Assembly: GCA_016718825.1 (NCBI GenBank)
Contig: JADKCL010000012.1
Span: 65,417-129,416 of the forward strand
DNA: 64,000 nucleotides
Source of the DNA: Bacteroidota bacterium
Lineage (GTDB): Bacteria > Bacteroidota > Bacteroidia > J057 > JADKCL01
Direction of reading: 5' to 3'
The notes below the pieces were generated by a model that saw only the letters and a list, made by a program, of their open reading frames with translations, had not been told where the DNA came from and made no database searches. Position 1 is the stretch's first letter, and every line of letters starts with the position of its first letter. A program made the translations under genes and the position numbers. Of this stretch, positions 19,953 to 27,510 are shown piece by piece.

Positions 19953-20891
19953 TTAACCGTTCAGTGAAAGCTCGAGATCAAATTGTGTGAGCCTGCGGAA
20001 GCCTTTGATGCGCTCAGCCACGTCGTTGCGGCTCAAGTCGATCAGGCGCTCGGGACCAAATTTCTCCACAGTGAACGAAGCGAGGGCCGAACCCACGATC
20101 ACGCCGTTGCGGAGGTTGGTAAAGCTGAGATTGTCGGTGCTTGCGACGTAGCCGATCAAGCCACCGGCAAAGGAATCCCCTGCGCCGGTGGGATCAAAAA
20201 CTTCTTCGAGCGGCATGGCCGGCGCGTAGAAAATCTGGTCTTCGGCACCGTGAAACAACAAGGCGCCATGTTCGCCCTTCTTGATTACCAAGTATTTGGG
20301 GCCCATTTTCAACACTGCGCGGGCAGCCTTGAGCAGGGAATATTCGCCAGTGAGCAAACGCGCCTCTTCTTCATTGATGGTCAAGACGTCGACCATCGAA
20401 ATCGTTTTCAGCAGGCTGTCCATGGCGATTTCCATCCAGAAATTCATGGTGTCCATGACGACAAGCTTTGGGCGGCGGCGCAAGCGCTCAAGTACGAGAC
20501 GTTGCACGTCGGGCATCAGGTTGCCCAACATCAAGTAGCTGCAATCCTGATAAGCTTCCGGAATGATCGGATCAAAGTCACCCAACACGTTGAGCTGCGT
20601 ATCCAGCGTATCGCGGCTGTTCATGTCGTTGTGGTAACGGCCCGACCAGAAGAATGACTTCTGATCTTCCTTGACCTGCAAACCCTGTGTATCGACGCCG
20701 TGACGCTGCAACATGGCAATATTTTCCGCACCAAAGTCACCGCCAACGACGGAAACGAGATTGACAGGCTTGGTAAAATAGCTCGATGCCAAGGCGATGT
20801 ATGTGGCTGCACCACCGATGATTTTGTCGGTTTTTCCGAATGGGGTTTCGATGGCATCAAAGGCGACCGAACCAACTACCAAAAGACTCAT
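19953..20891 (-). CDS. PfkB family carbohydrate/nucleoside kinase
   Basis: Shows the GGAATY motif and the C-terminal DPTGAGDSFAGG signature. The start is set to MSLLVVGSVAFD (ATG at 20891). Confidence 0.85.
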   Translation of the reverse strand: MSLLVVGSVAFDAIETPFGKTDKIIGGAATYIALASSYFTKPVNLVSVVGGDFGAENIAMLQRHGVDTQGLQVKEDQKSFFWSGRYHNDMNSRDTLDTQLNVLGDFDPIIPEAYQDCSYLMLGNLMPDVQRLVLERLRRRPKLVVMDTMNFWMEIAMDSLLKTISMVDVLTINEEEARLLTGEYSLLKAARAVLKMGPKYLVIKKGEHGALLFHGAEDQIFYAPAMPLEEVFDPTGAGDSFAGGLIGYVASTDNLSFTNLRNGVIVGSALASFTVEKFGPERLIDLSRNDVAERIKGFRRLTQFDLELSLNG

Positions 20892-21315
20892 GCGATTTTG
20901 TGTTTTTGACTGATGAAAACGGGGGCAAATATCGGATTTATTCTCGGTTTGAAGCAACGAAGAATTGTAACGTGGAATTAAAGCGGGACAGAAACGACTG
21001 CTCTTGGAAGGCAATCAAAAAACATCGACGACTGATTTGTCACCTTCATGAAACCTTGTCAGTATCTTACAAGAAAAGTGGTGCCCGGATGCAAGAATTC
21101 ACAAAGGAAACGGCGGCCATTCTTGCGAAACACATGCAAAATACCGCTTCCACTGAATAGATGCATCGAAAAATGAAATTTCCGAAACTCGATTAAACGT
21201 GCGATGATCCAATTTTCAGATGTCCAAAAAGCGAGGTTGATTGGATTTTTAGACACGTTTTCACTTCCTAACTTAATGAGAGTTTGATTCACGTTCATTA
21301 ACTAAGGAAAGGAAA

Positions 21316-22518
21316 TTGGCTATGAAAAGTTTAATCCCATTCTCCGCTACCCTGATCGTTTTGGCACTTTTCACTGGCACCGTGCTGCCTGCACAAGTGA
21401 TCTTTAGCCGCTTCGATTTCAATGCCATTCCGTACACTACTGCCACCATCGGCCCCAACGCGACGGCGATTGATGCCGACGCCACAGACGATGGTGCCGC
21501 CGTATTCATCGATGCCAATTGCGGCGCGCTAAAAGGAATCGACCTGAGTATCCCCAACACTGCTGCGATCTTCGATCAACCAGAAATGGGGATGACATTT
21601 CGGTTCCGAAAGCTGGAATCCCGTTCCGATTTCTTCCTGCGGGGCGGCACCACATTCTACCAGTCTGGAAATAATCTATGGATTTCCTACCGTACAAGTG
21701 ACGGAACTGGCGGATTCGTAGACTATGGACCTTACAACACTGCATTTACGCTGGTCGAAGACGGCTTCTTTCACGAGTACACTTTCATTTACGTCGCAGC
21801 AACAGGAATTGCCACTGTTTCCGTCGATGGCATCCTTGTTTGGACGCAAGATGGCCCCGACAACCGCAACTTCTACTGGACCGGAGCACCTGACCCGATC
21901 GTAGGAACAGTGATGGATGGAAACTGCAGCGGACTCGGATTCCTCGACTATGCCTACTTTTTCATTCCGATTGACCCGCTTCCCGTGGAATTCCACTCAT
22001 TTGAGGCCATCGCCGATGGCGAAGACGCATTGTTGGACTGGACAGCTGAAAACGTGATGCCTGGCGCAAATTTCCAGGTCGAACGCAGCATGGATGGAAG
22101 ACAATTTGAACCTGTTGGCACGATCGCAGCACAAAACCATCCCGGTAGCCAATCCTATCATTTTGCCGACGTAATGCCTGGCAATGCCGAATTCTATTAC
22201 CGGATTGTACAAGAATCGGGTGATGGGGGATCTCACAGTTCTGAAATTCGAACGGTATCCTTTGCTGGAAATGCCGCTCCTTCCATGTCCATTTGGCCCA
22301 ACCCGGTGAATGCTGGTCAACAGCAACTTCATTTTTCGATTACGAATGCTGGTCAAAATCCGCTGGTCAAGATTTATGATGTTCACGGGAAGATGATCGC
22401 GGAACCTCAGCAAAATGAAGCAGGGACCATTGAAGGTCACGAATATGCGACGGGAGTCTACTTTCTCTTCTGCGAATGCGATGGTGCCCGACTGATGGAA
22501 AAATTGATCGTGCGCTGA
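21316..22518 (+). CDS. secreted protein with T9SS type-A C-terminal sorting domain
   Basis: Signal peptide present. The C-terminal ~80 aa (IWPNPVNAGQQQLHF...VKIYDVHGKMI...GVYFLFCE...KLIVR) match the Por/T9SS CTD pattern. Confidence 0.7.
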   Translation: MAMKSLIPFSATLIVLALFTGTVLPAQVIFSRFDFNAIPYTTATIGPNATAIDADATDDGAAVFIDANCGALKGIDLSIPNTAAIFDQPEMGMTFRFRKLESRSDFFLRGGTTFYQSGNNLWISYRTSDGTGGFVDYGPYNTAFTLVEDGFFHEYTFIYVAATGIATVSVDGILVWTQDGPDNRNFYWTGAPDPIVGTVMDGNCSGLGFLDYAYFFIPIDPLPVEFHSFEAIADGEDALLDWTAENVMPGANFQVERSMDGRQFEPVGTIAAQNHPGSQSYHFADVMPGNAEFYYRIVQESGDGGSHSSEIRTVSFAGNAAPSMSIWPNPVNAGQQQLHFSITNAGQNPLVKIYDVHGKMIAEPQQNEAGTIEGHEYATGVYFLFCECDGARLMEKLIVR

Positions 22519-22547
22519 TCTTCAACAGCCGCTTTCAAACATGCAAG

Positions 22548-22584
22548 GGGGTTCATTTCTGAAAAGAGATGAACCCCTTTTCTT
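22548..22584 (+). terminator. rho-independent terminator
   Basis: A 13-bp stem with one mismatch (ggggttcatttct / agagatgaacccc) and a GAAA loop, followed by TTTTCTT. It lies between convergent genes. Confidence 0.65.
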
Positions 22585-22592
22585 CAATGCAC

Positions 22593-23444
22593 TTATTCCG
22601 CCCAATTCGCTGGATCGTCTCCCTCCATCAAACGCCGGACGGTGTGCGCAACACCATCTTCCTTGCCCGCTGCGGCGATATAATTGGAAATTTGCTTGAC
22701 TTCGTCCTTGGCATTGCCGACGGCGACGCCCAATCCAACCGCCTCGAGCATTTCCATGTCGTTGTAATTGTCTCCGAATGCCACCAAGTCTTCCCATTGA
22801 ATCGGATATACTTGATCCAGCAGCAATTGCAGTGCGGTGCGTTTGGAAATGCTACTGTGGGCAATCTCAAGGTAGGTCGGCTTGGAGCGGTAAAGGTTCA
22901 ATTCGTCCCCATAATTCGCAGCCAGAAACTGCTCGATCGCCTCAATTTCCTCGGCAGGGCCCATGCACATGACCTTGTGGGCGCCAATGCCACGCGCTGC
23001 CCAGTCGGCAAAAACATCGTCAAAATTGGCGAGGGTTGGCTGCACCTTCGTATTGTTGGCTTCGCGTGCTGCCCATTGATCTTGTGCGGGCACGTACCAT
23101 TCGTCGGCATGGTAAAGGCTCACGTGAACCTCTGTCCCGGCAGACAATTTGTGGATCGCGATGCAGACCTCCAACGGAATCGGCGTCGAATGCAGCACCA
23201 CCGGATCCGAGGCTCCTTCCGGATAATGAATCACGTAACCGCCATTGTAACAAACGAGGGGACAATCGAGGATGCCCAATTCGGCTTGCAGGTGGCGCAT
23301 CGCGGCGGGCATGCGCGAGCTCGCGAGGATCACAGGCACGCGGTCCTTGGCGCGCCGCAAGACATCGAGCGTCTCAGGCGACAATTCGCGCTCCGCATTG
23401 AGCAGCGTTCCATCGATGTCAGTGCAAATGGCTTTGAATTTCAT
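22593..23444 (-). CDS. Cof-type HAD-IIB family hydrolase
   Basis: HAD motif I ICTDIDGTLL and motif IV FGDNYNDMEML. The start is set to MKFKAICTD (ATG at 23444). Confidence 0.85.
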   Translation of the reverse strand: MKFKAICTDIDGTLLNAERELSPETLDVLRRAKDRVPVILASSRMPAAMRHLQAELGILDCPLVCYNGGYVIHYPEGASDPVVLHSTPIPLEVCIAIHKLSAGTEVHVSLYHADEWYVPAQDQWAAREANNTKVQPTLANFDDVFADWAARGIGAHKVMCMGPAEEIEAIEQFLAANYGDELNLYRSKPTYLEIAHSSISKRTALQLLLDQVYPIQWEDLVAFGDNYNDMEMLEAVGLGVAVGNAKDEVKQISNYIAAAGKEDGVAHTVRRLMEGDDPANWAE

Positions 23445-23490
23445 GTTTCCTTCCAATGATGAGGCCTCTAATTCGACGAACAAAACTAGG

Positions 23491-23532
23491 CAAAAAGAGA
23501 AAGCCCGCACAAGTTTATCACTTGCGAGGGCT
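23491..23532 (-). terminator. hairpin plus T-tract downstream of the tRNA-like element
   Basis: Imperfect 12-bp stem (agcccgcacaag / cttgcgagggct, 10 of 12 paired). On the minus strand it is followed by TTCTCTTTTTG. Confidence 0.45.
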
Positions 23533-23543
23533 ACCTTCTCAAG

Positions 23544-23612
23544 CTCCTCTTCTAGGACTTGAACCTAGGACCTATCCCGATGAATCGGGATAAGCCGCGC
23601 CAACCAACTCGG
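23544..23612 (-). pseudogene. degenerate tRNA-like element sharing the T-arm and 3' acceptor strand of tRNA-Asn
   Basis: The 3' 31 nt are identical to tRNA-Asn, within a 39-nt exact repeat (23536-23574 = 24267-24305). It has a perfect hairpin atcccg-attcat-cgggat with a non-canonical 6-nt loop and a D-loop-like ccaaccaact. The 5' acceptor strand cannot pair, and the sequence fades into the low-complexity tract. Confidence 0.4.
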
Positions 23613-24092
23613 GGGCAAAGCTCCAAACCTTGGGAGGACCCCCACCCCGGCCGGCGCGCCCCAAAGCACCCCCGGGCCGCCCCCCCGAAAGGAAGGGAGG
23701 GGGGGGGGGAAAAGGGGGGGAGGGCGGCCCCCCCCCAAAAACCGGGGCAAGGGGCCCCCCCCGGGCGAGGGCCAAAACGCAGGAGAGGGCCCAAAGGCCG
23801 CAGGGCCCCCCGCCCCGCCCGCCCCCCCCCCCCCGGCAATCCCGCGGGGGGGCGGGCGCCGGGGCAAAACCGGGGGGCCCCCCCCGCCCCCCCCCCCCAA
23901 TTTCTGGCGCGCGCCCGGGGGGGGGGGGCGCCCACCGCCCCTGGGCGGCCCCCGCCTTCCTCCCTGCACGGGGCGGGGGGAGAAAAAACCTCCCCGGCGG
24001 GGGGCGCCGGGGGCAAAGGCGGCCCCACAAAGGCCGACCGGGGACCCAACGCGGGGCCGAGGGGCCGGGCCCCGCGGCCCCCGGGCGGAGAG
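23613..24092. repeat. G/C homopolymer-rich low-complexity tract A (T-poor on + strand)
   Basis: About 480 nt made of short G, C and A runs with about a dozen T. All six frames are open, which yields the Gly/Pro/Arg ORFs at 23552-24183. No codon structure is visible. Confidence 0.9.
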
Positions 24093-24226
24093 GAGTACTC
24101 CAAATAGTACAAAAATGAAGAGGCCATGCTTTCACATTACTTCTGGCCGCAAACCAAATCTCGGGGAAAATTTCTAGGCCCAATTTTCAAGAGCTCATTT
24201 TGCTGATTTCAATCGTTTTATCCTCA

Positions 24227-24263
24227 ACAAAAATGAAGAGGCCATCGCTTTCACGATGGCCTC
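24227..24263 (-). terminator. rho-independent terminator of tRNA-Asn
   Basis: A 10-bp stem (gaggccatcg / cgatggcctc) with a 6-nt loop. On the minus strand it is followed by TTCATTTTTGT. It lies 11 nt downstream of the tRNA 3' end. Confidence 0.7.
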
Positions 24264-24274
24264 ATATTCTCAAG

Positions 24275-24348
24275 CTCCTCTTCTAGGACTTGAACCTAGG
24301 ACCTACTGATTAACAGTCAGCCGCTCTAACCAACTGAGCTAAAGAGGA
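24275..24348 (-). tRNA. tRNA-Asn (anticodon GTT)
   Basis: Hand-folded 74-nt cloverleaf: acceptor tcctctt/aagagga, D-arm gctc-agttggtta-gagc, anticodon arm gctga-cTGTTAa-tcagt, variable aggtc, T-arm ctagg-ttcaagt-cctag, discriminator G. No encoded CCA. Confidence 0.9.
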
Positions 24349-24383
24349 ATTTTGAAAGAACATCCCTTTTTTCAAAGAGAAGA

Positions 24384-24416
24384 CAAATTTAAGCGGTTGC
24401 CGCCGAAAAATCCAAA
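24384..24416 (-). promoter_or_regulatory. putative Bacteroidota sigma-A promoter for tRNA-Asn
   Basis: The minus strand reads TTTG (24416-24413), N21, then TAAATTTG (24391-24384). This matches the TTTG/TAnnTTTG -33/-7 consensus. It lies 35 nt upstream of the tRNA 5' end. Confidence 0.45.
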
Positions 24417-24458
24417 CTTTTGGGCAAGAAATTTTTAAAAAAAGTTTGCCGAAGCGGC

Positions 24459-25577
24459 CTATTCCACTGTAAAGCGCTTAATAAAAACACCTTGCGTATT
24501 GCGAATTTCTAAAATATAGACGCCTGAGGACAAATCGGATGTTTGAAGCAGAAGGCCCCCGGATACGGTGGAATACGCAACATTGACGGTTTGTCCCAAT
24601 GGATTCCGCAATTGGAGCTGGAGATCGGCGGTGGGATTGCCTTTGAAATTCTGCCATTCGACATGCAAAACTTCCTTGGCAGGGTTGGGATAGATCAGAA
24701 TCTCCGGCACCGCATCGAAATTGACTTCTTTTACCTCGCTGTAGCTGCTGCTGCCGTCAAGACTTGTCTGTCGGATGCGGTAGCTCGACCGATCGGCAAG
24801 GGGCTTTTCGTCGGAGAGGCGGTATTCAGAGGCCACTTCGCTGTTGCCTACGGCGTCAACTTCGGCAATTTCTTCCCATTGGACTCCGTCAGCAGAGCGC
24901 TCGACCGTGAAGAAGTCATTGTTGATCTCGGTTGCAGTCGTCCACAACAAATCGACCCCCTCGGTGGAATTGACCTTTGCATCAAAGTGAAGCCATTCAG
25001 TGGGGAGAAAGGCATTGCAGATAAAAAGGGAAAACAGCGAACCATTGGGTGTGCCGCCAACCACAAAGTCCTCTACCGTGAGCGATGAAATTGGAAACCC
25101 TGAGATGCTGGTATTGGACCAACCCGAGACACCGCATCCAGGACAACCCACAAGGTCCCCTGCGCCAGTCAACGATGCCATTGGGTCACAACCATTGGCG
25201 ACTCCGGGTGCAGACATGGCATAATGCGCACCGTTGATTTGAAGGCGAATCTCCTCGACGCTCGGCGGGGAATTGCTCGCCCCACTAAAATTTAACCGGA
25301 TGCCGCTGATGGATGGACTGAAATTGAAGGTAAATTGACCGGGGCCGCTGCCGGGGCCTGGGGCATAACCGATAAAAAACGGTTGCGTCACGGTAGGGCA
25401 ATAGGTCGTCCATGCACAGGTATTGCCCGAAGTGGTCACCGTGACATTGACGCCTGCCACAATCGCCGAACCCGTAGTATGCATCACTTGGTTAGTGCAT
25501 TGGGCTTGCAGCCCACTGAGCGGCAGGCAAGCAGCCAAACAGCCGATCCAAATCAGAAATAGGTAGCGATGCCTCAT
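24459..25577 (-). CDS. secreted protein with T9SS type-A C-terminal sorting domain
   Basis: Signal peptide MRHRYLFLIWIGCLAACLPLSGLQAQ. C-terminal ILIYPNPAKEVLHVEW...GVYILEIRNTQGVFIKRFTVE. Confidence 0.7.
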   Translation of the reverse strand: MRHRYLFLIWIGCLAACLPLSGLQAQCTNQVMHTTGSAIVAGVNVTVTTSGNTCAWTTYCPTVTQPFFIGYAPGPGSGPGQFTFNFSPSISGIRLNFSGASNSPPSVEEIRLQINGAHYAMSAPGVANGCDPMASLTGAGDLVGCPGCGVSGWSNTSISGFPISSLTVEDFVVGGTPNGSLFSLFICNAFLPTEWLHFDAKVNSTEGVDLLWTTATEINNDFFTVERSADGVQWEEIAEVDAVGNSEVASEYRLSDEKPLADRSSYRIRQTSLDGSSSYSEVKEVNFDAVPEILIYPNPAKEVLHVEWQNFKGNPTADLQLQLRNPLGQTVNVAYSTVSGGLLLQTSDLSSGVYILEIRNTQGVFIKRFTVE

Positions 25578-25726
25578 AAAATATTACCGATATGGCAGGA
25601 ATCCCGCCGGTCCCTTTCCCCGATCCAATTGAAATGCTGATCAAGGTCACAAAAGTAGTGATTTCTACGGTCACTTTTGCCTAGGCGTCCTGAAAAATTG
25701 CCACTAACCAACAGTGGCCCAATGAA

Positions 25727-25750
25727 GAAGGCAGGGAAAACCCTGCCTTC
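25727..25750 (-). terminator. GC-rich hairpin downstream of the small lipoprotein gene
   Basis: A 10-bp perfect stem (gaaggcaggg / ccctgccttc) with an AAAA loop. The U-tract on the minus strand is weak (TTCATTGGG). Confidence 0.4.
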
Positions 25751-25776
25751 TTTATCCTATTTCCAGATCAAGCGAC

Positions 25777-26028
25777 TTATTTGTCGCACTCGCGGGTGAG
25801 TTCCTTGACCTTGTCCATGAAGGCATCGTCATCCTTGTGTTTGGCTTCGACCGACTCTTCAAATTCCTTGCGTTCGGTGACCAATTTTTCGCGGGCTTCG
25901 CCCTCTGCTTTGTCAATTTCGGCAGTCATGCCACACCATTTTTTGGAAACGGCTTCGGGGCTGTCGCCGCCGCAACCTGTAAGTGTTACCGCTGTGAGCA
26001 ACGCCAATGCATAGATGAACTTTTTCAT
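25777..26028 (-). CDS. small hypothetical lipoprotein
   Basis: MKKFIYALALLTAVTLTGC lipobox, followed by an 83-aa charged helical protein. The start is set to ATG 26028. Confidence 0.6.
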   Translation of the reverse strand: MKKFIYALALLTAVTLTGCGGDSPEAVSKKWCGMTAEIDKAEGEAREKLVTERKEFEESVEAKHKDDDAFMDKVKELTRECDK

Positions 26029-26197
26029 TTTATATTTCTTGATTTGAGACAACAATGATCATATCCATTCGAAAAATAGGCATTTCCAAGCGAATAGCAA
26101 GCCTATGTCATCCAAACACCGAAAATTTGATTTACACGGCACGCAACTTCCCTCCCATACTATCTCTGCTTAACTTCGCAAACCAATTCGTTTTCCA

Positions 26198-26824
26198 ATG
26201 AGATTCACATCCATTCTGATCTTTTGCATTGGCCTCACCCTTGTCTTTCTGACGGGCTGCAAGGACAAAACCGACGCTGCAAAATCCGCTGACGAGCGTA
26301 CTTCGGGCACCAAACCGGGCAAGGAATCCGGGATTCTCAACCAAAAGCCCGCGGCCGAGGTTCTCGGAAGTACCGTCAAGCGAAACTTGCGCTATCAACC
26401 TGAAGCAGAGACGAATGAAATCCTTTCGCTGGAAGAATACCTGGAATACATCCGCCAAGTCGGATTGAGCTTGAGTCGGCAAATCGGCAAATTGCAACCT
26501 GAGGCACCCGGCGCAGGCACCGTGGTCGTCGGGTTGAATGCCGAGGGTGAAAATCGGCTTTGGTATGTTTTCCCCGAAGGGAAGCCGAGTGAATCCTTTA
26601 AAGCGGCAGCCAAACAGGCCATTGATGATGTACCAAAACCCAAACTCAAGAAAAGTTTGATTGTATTTGGCGTTGCCTTGACCCTTTGGGGCTACCAAGA
26701 GACAGAGGAGGAATCGGCGAAAATCCAGCTACCCAAGGAGTGGAAAGCGATTACCGACCGCTTGAAGGCCGATCAACCCGCGAGCAAACTGGCAGAAATG
26801 ACTTGGGATCAGGTCGTACAGTAA
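26198..26824 (+). CDS. hypothetical lipoprotein
   Basis: MRFTSILIFCIGLTLVFLTGC lipobox; 208 aa; no recognised domain. Confidence 0.6.
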   Translation: MRFTSILIFCIGLTLVFLTGCKDKTDAAKSADERTSGTKPGKESGILNQKPAAEVLGSTVKRNLRYQPEAETNEILSLEEYLEYIRQVGLSLSRQIGKLQPEAPGAGTVVVGLNAEGENRLWYVFPEGKPSESFKAAAKQAIDDVPKPKLKKSLIVFGVALTLWGYQETEEESAKIQLPKEWKAITDRLKADQPASKLAEMTWDQVVQ

Positions 26825-26942
26825 CGCATCATTCGTTTGGCAATCCCCTATCCAGGGTCGCCAACGGATCAGGTCCCACTGTTTTCTCCTGATTGGAATT
26901 CGCCCAAAGTATGCCTAACTTCATTCCTTTAAATCGATCAAC

Positions 26943-27422
26943 ATGAAGACGACGCTTTCTTTCCTTCTTCTTTTCTGTGTTGCGCTGAGCTGCTTTGCTC
27001 AAACCGCAGGCACCGCCAAAGTCCCGGAAGCCGCCAAGGCCGACCTTGCGAAACGCTTTGCCATATCGACATCCTTCAAATGGTACCAAGAGGGCAATCA
27101 ATTTGAGGCGGAATATGTCGAAAACGGAAAAGAAATCGCTGTAGCCTACTCATCTTCAGGTCAGTGGCTCGAGACAGAAAGGGAAATCGACAACGGTTCG
27201 CTATCGACCAACTTTGTCGCTGGCTTTCAGAAATCTTTTCCAGGCGGAGAAATTGTGGGCGTGGAGTCTGTGGAACGGCCCGACAAGGCCTTGGCCTACG
27301 AAGTCAAGTTTTATGTAGGAAAGAAGTTTCAAGAGCTGATTTTTGACGCTGCCGGCAGCGCGGAAGAAGGCCAAGGTGGAAGCGGTAGCGGCACCGAAGG
27401 CAGTGACGAGGACGAGGACTGA
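26943..27422 (+). CDS. PepSY-like (beta-lactamase-inhibitor-like) domain protein
   Basis: Signal peptide present. Repeated FEAEY/YEVKF beta-sheet units are typical of the PepSY-like family. The tail is acidic and Gly/Ser-rich. The family call rests on pattern memory only. Confidence 0.55.
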   Translation: MKTTLSFLLLFCVALSCFAQTAGTAKVPEAAKADLAKRFAISTSFKWYQEGNQFEAEYVENGKEIAVAYSSSGQWLETEREIDNGSLSTNFVAGFQKSFPGGEIVGVESVERPDKALAYEVKFYVGKKFQELIFDAAGSAEEGQGGSGSGTEGSDEDED

Positions 27423-27453
27423 AAAGTTTCAGCGGGAGTTCGAGGGGATATTC

Positions 27454-27510
27454 AGTGTGAGTTCGAGTGTGAGTGAGGAGGGAGTCGGCGAGCCGACTAC
27501 GCACCCTCCA
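27454..27510 (-). repeat. stop-codon-overlapping hairpin plus C-rich tail element, copy 1
   Basis: The minus strand reads GGAGGGTGCG-TAG-TCGGCTCGCCGA-CTCCCTCCTCACTCACACTC-GAACTCACACTG. The core CGACTCCCTCCTCACTCACACTC (23 nt) is identical to copy 2 at 50431-50453. Confidence 0.7.

Noticed and set aside
23544-23612. The tRNA-like element as a functional tRNA, possibly with a TCA (opal suppressor/Sec-like) or TTC anticodon
   Set aside because: The anticodon hairpin has a 6-nt loop (or 8-nt with the alternative pairing). The 5' acceptor strand does not pair with the 3' strand, and the D-arm is not foldable. No anticodon can be assigned with confidence.
23552-24183. Five overlapping 130-200-aa Gly/Pro/Arg-rich ORFs
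   Set aside because: For the same reason as above: they are a product of tract A being stop-free in every frame.
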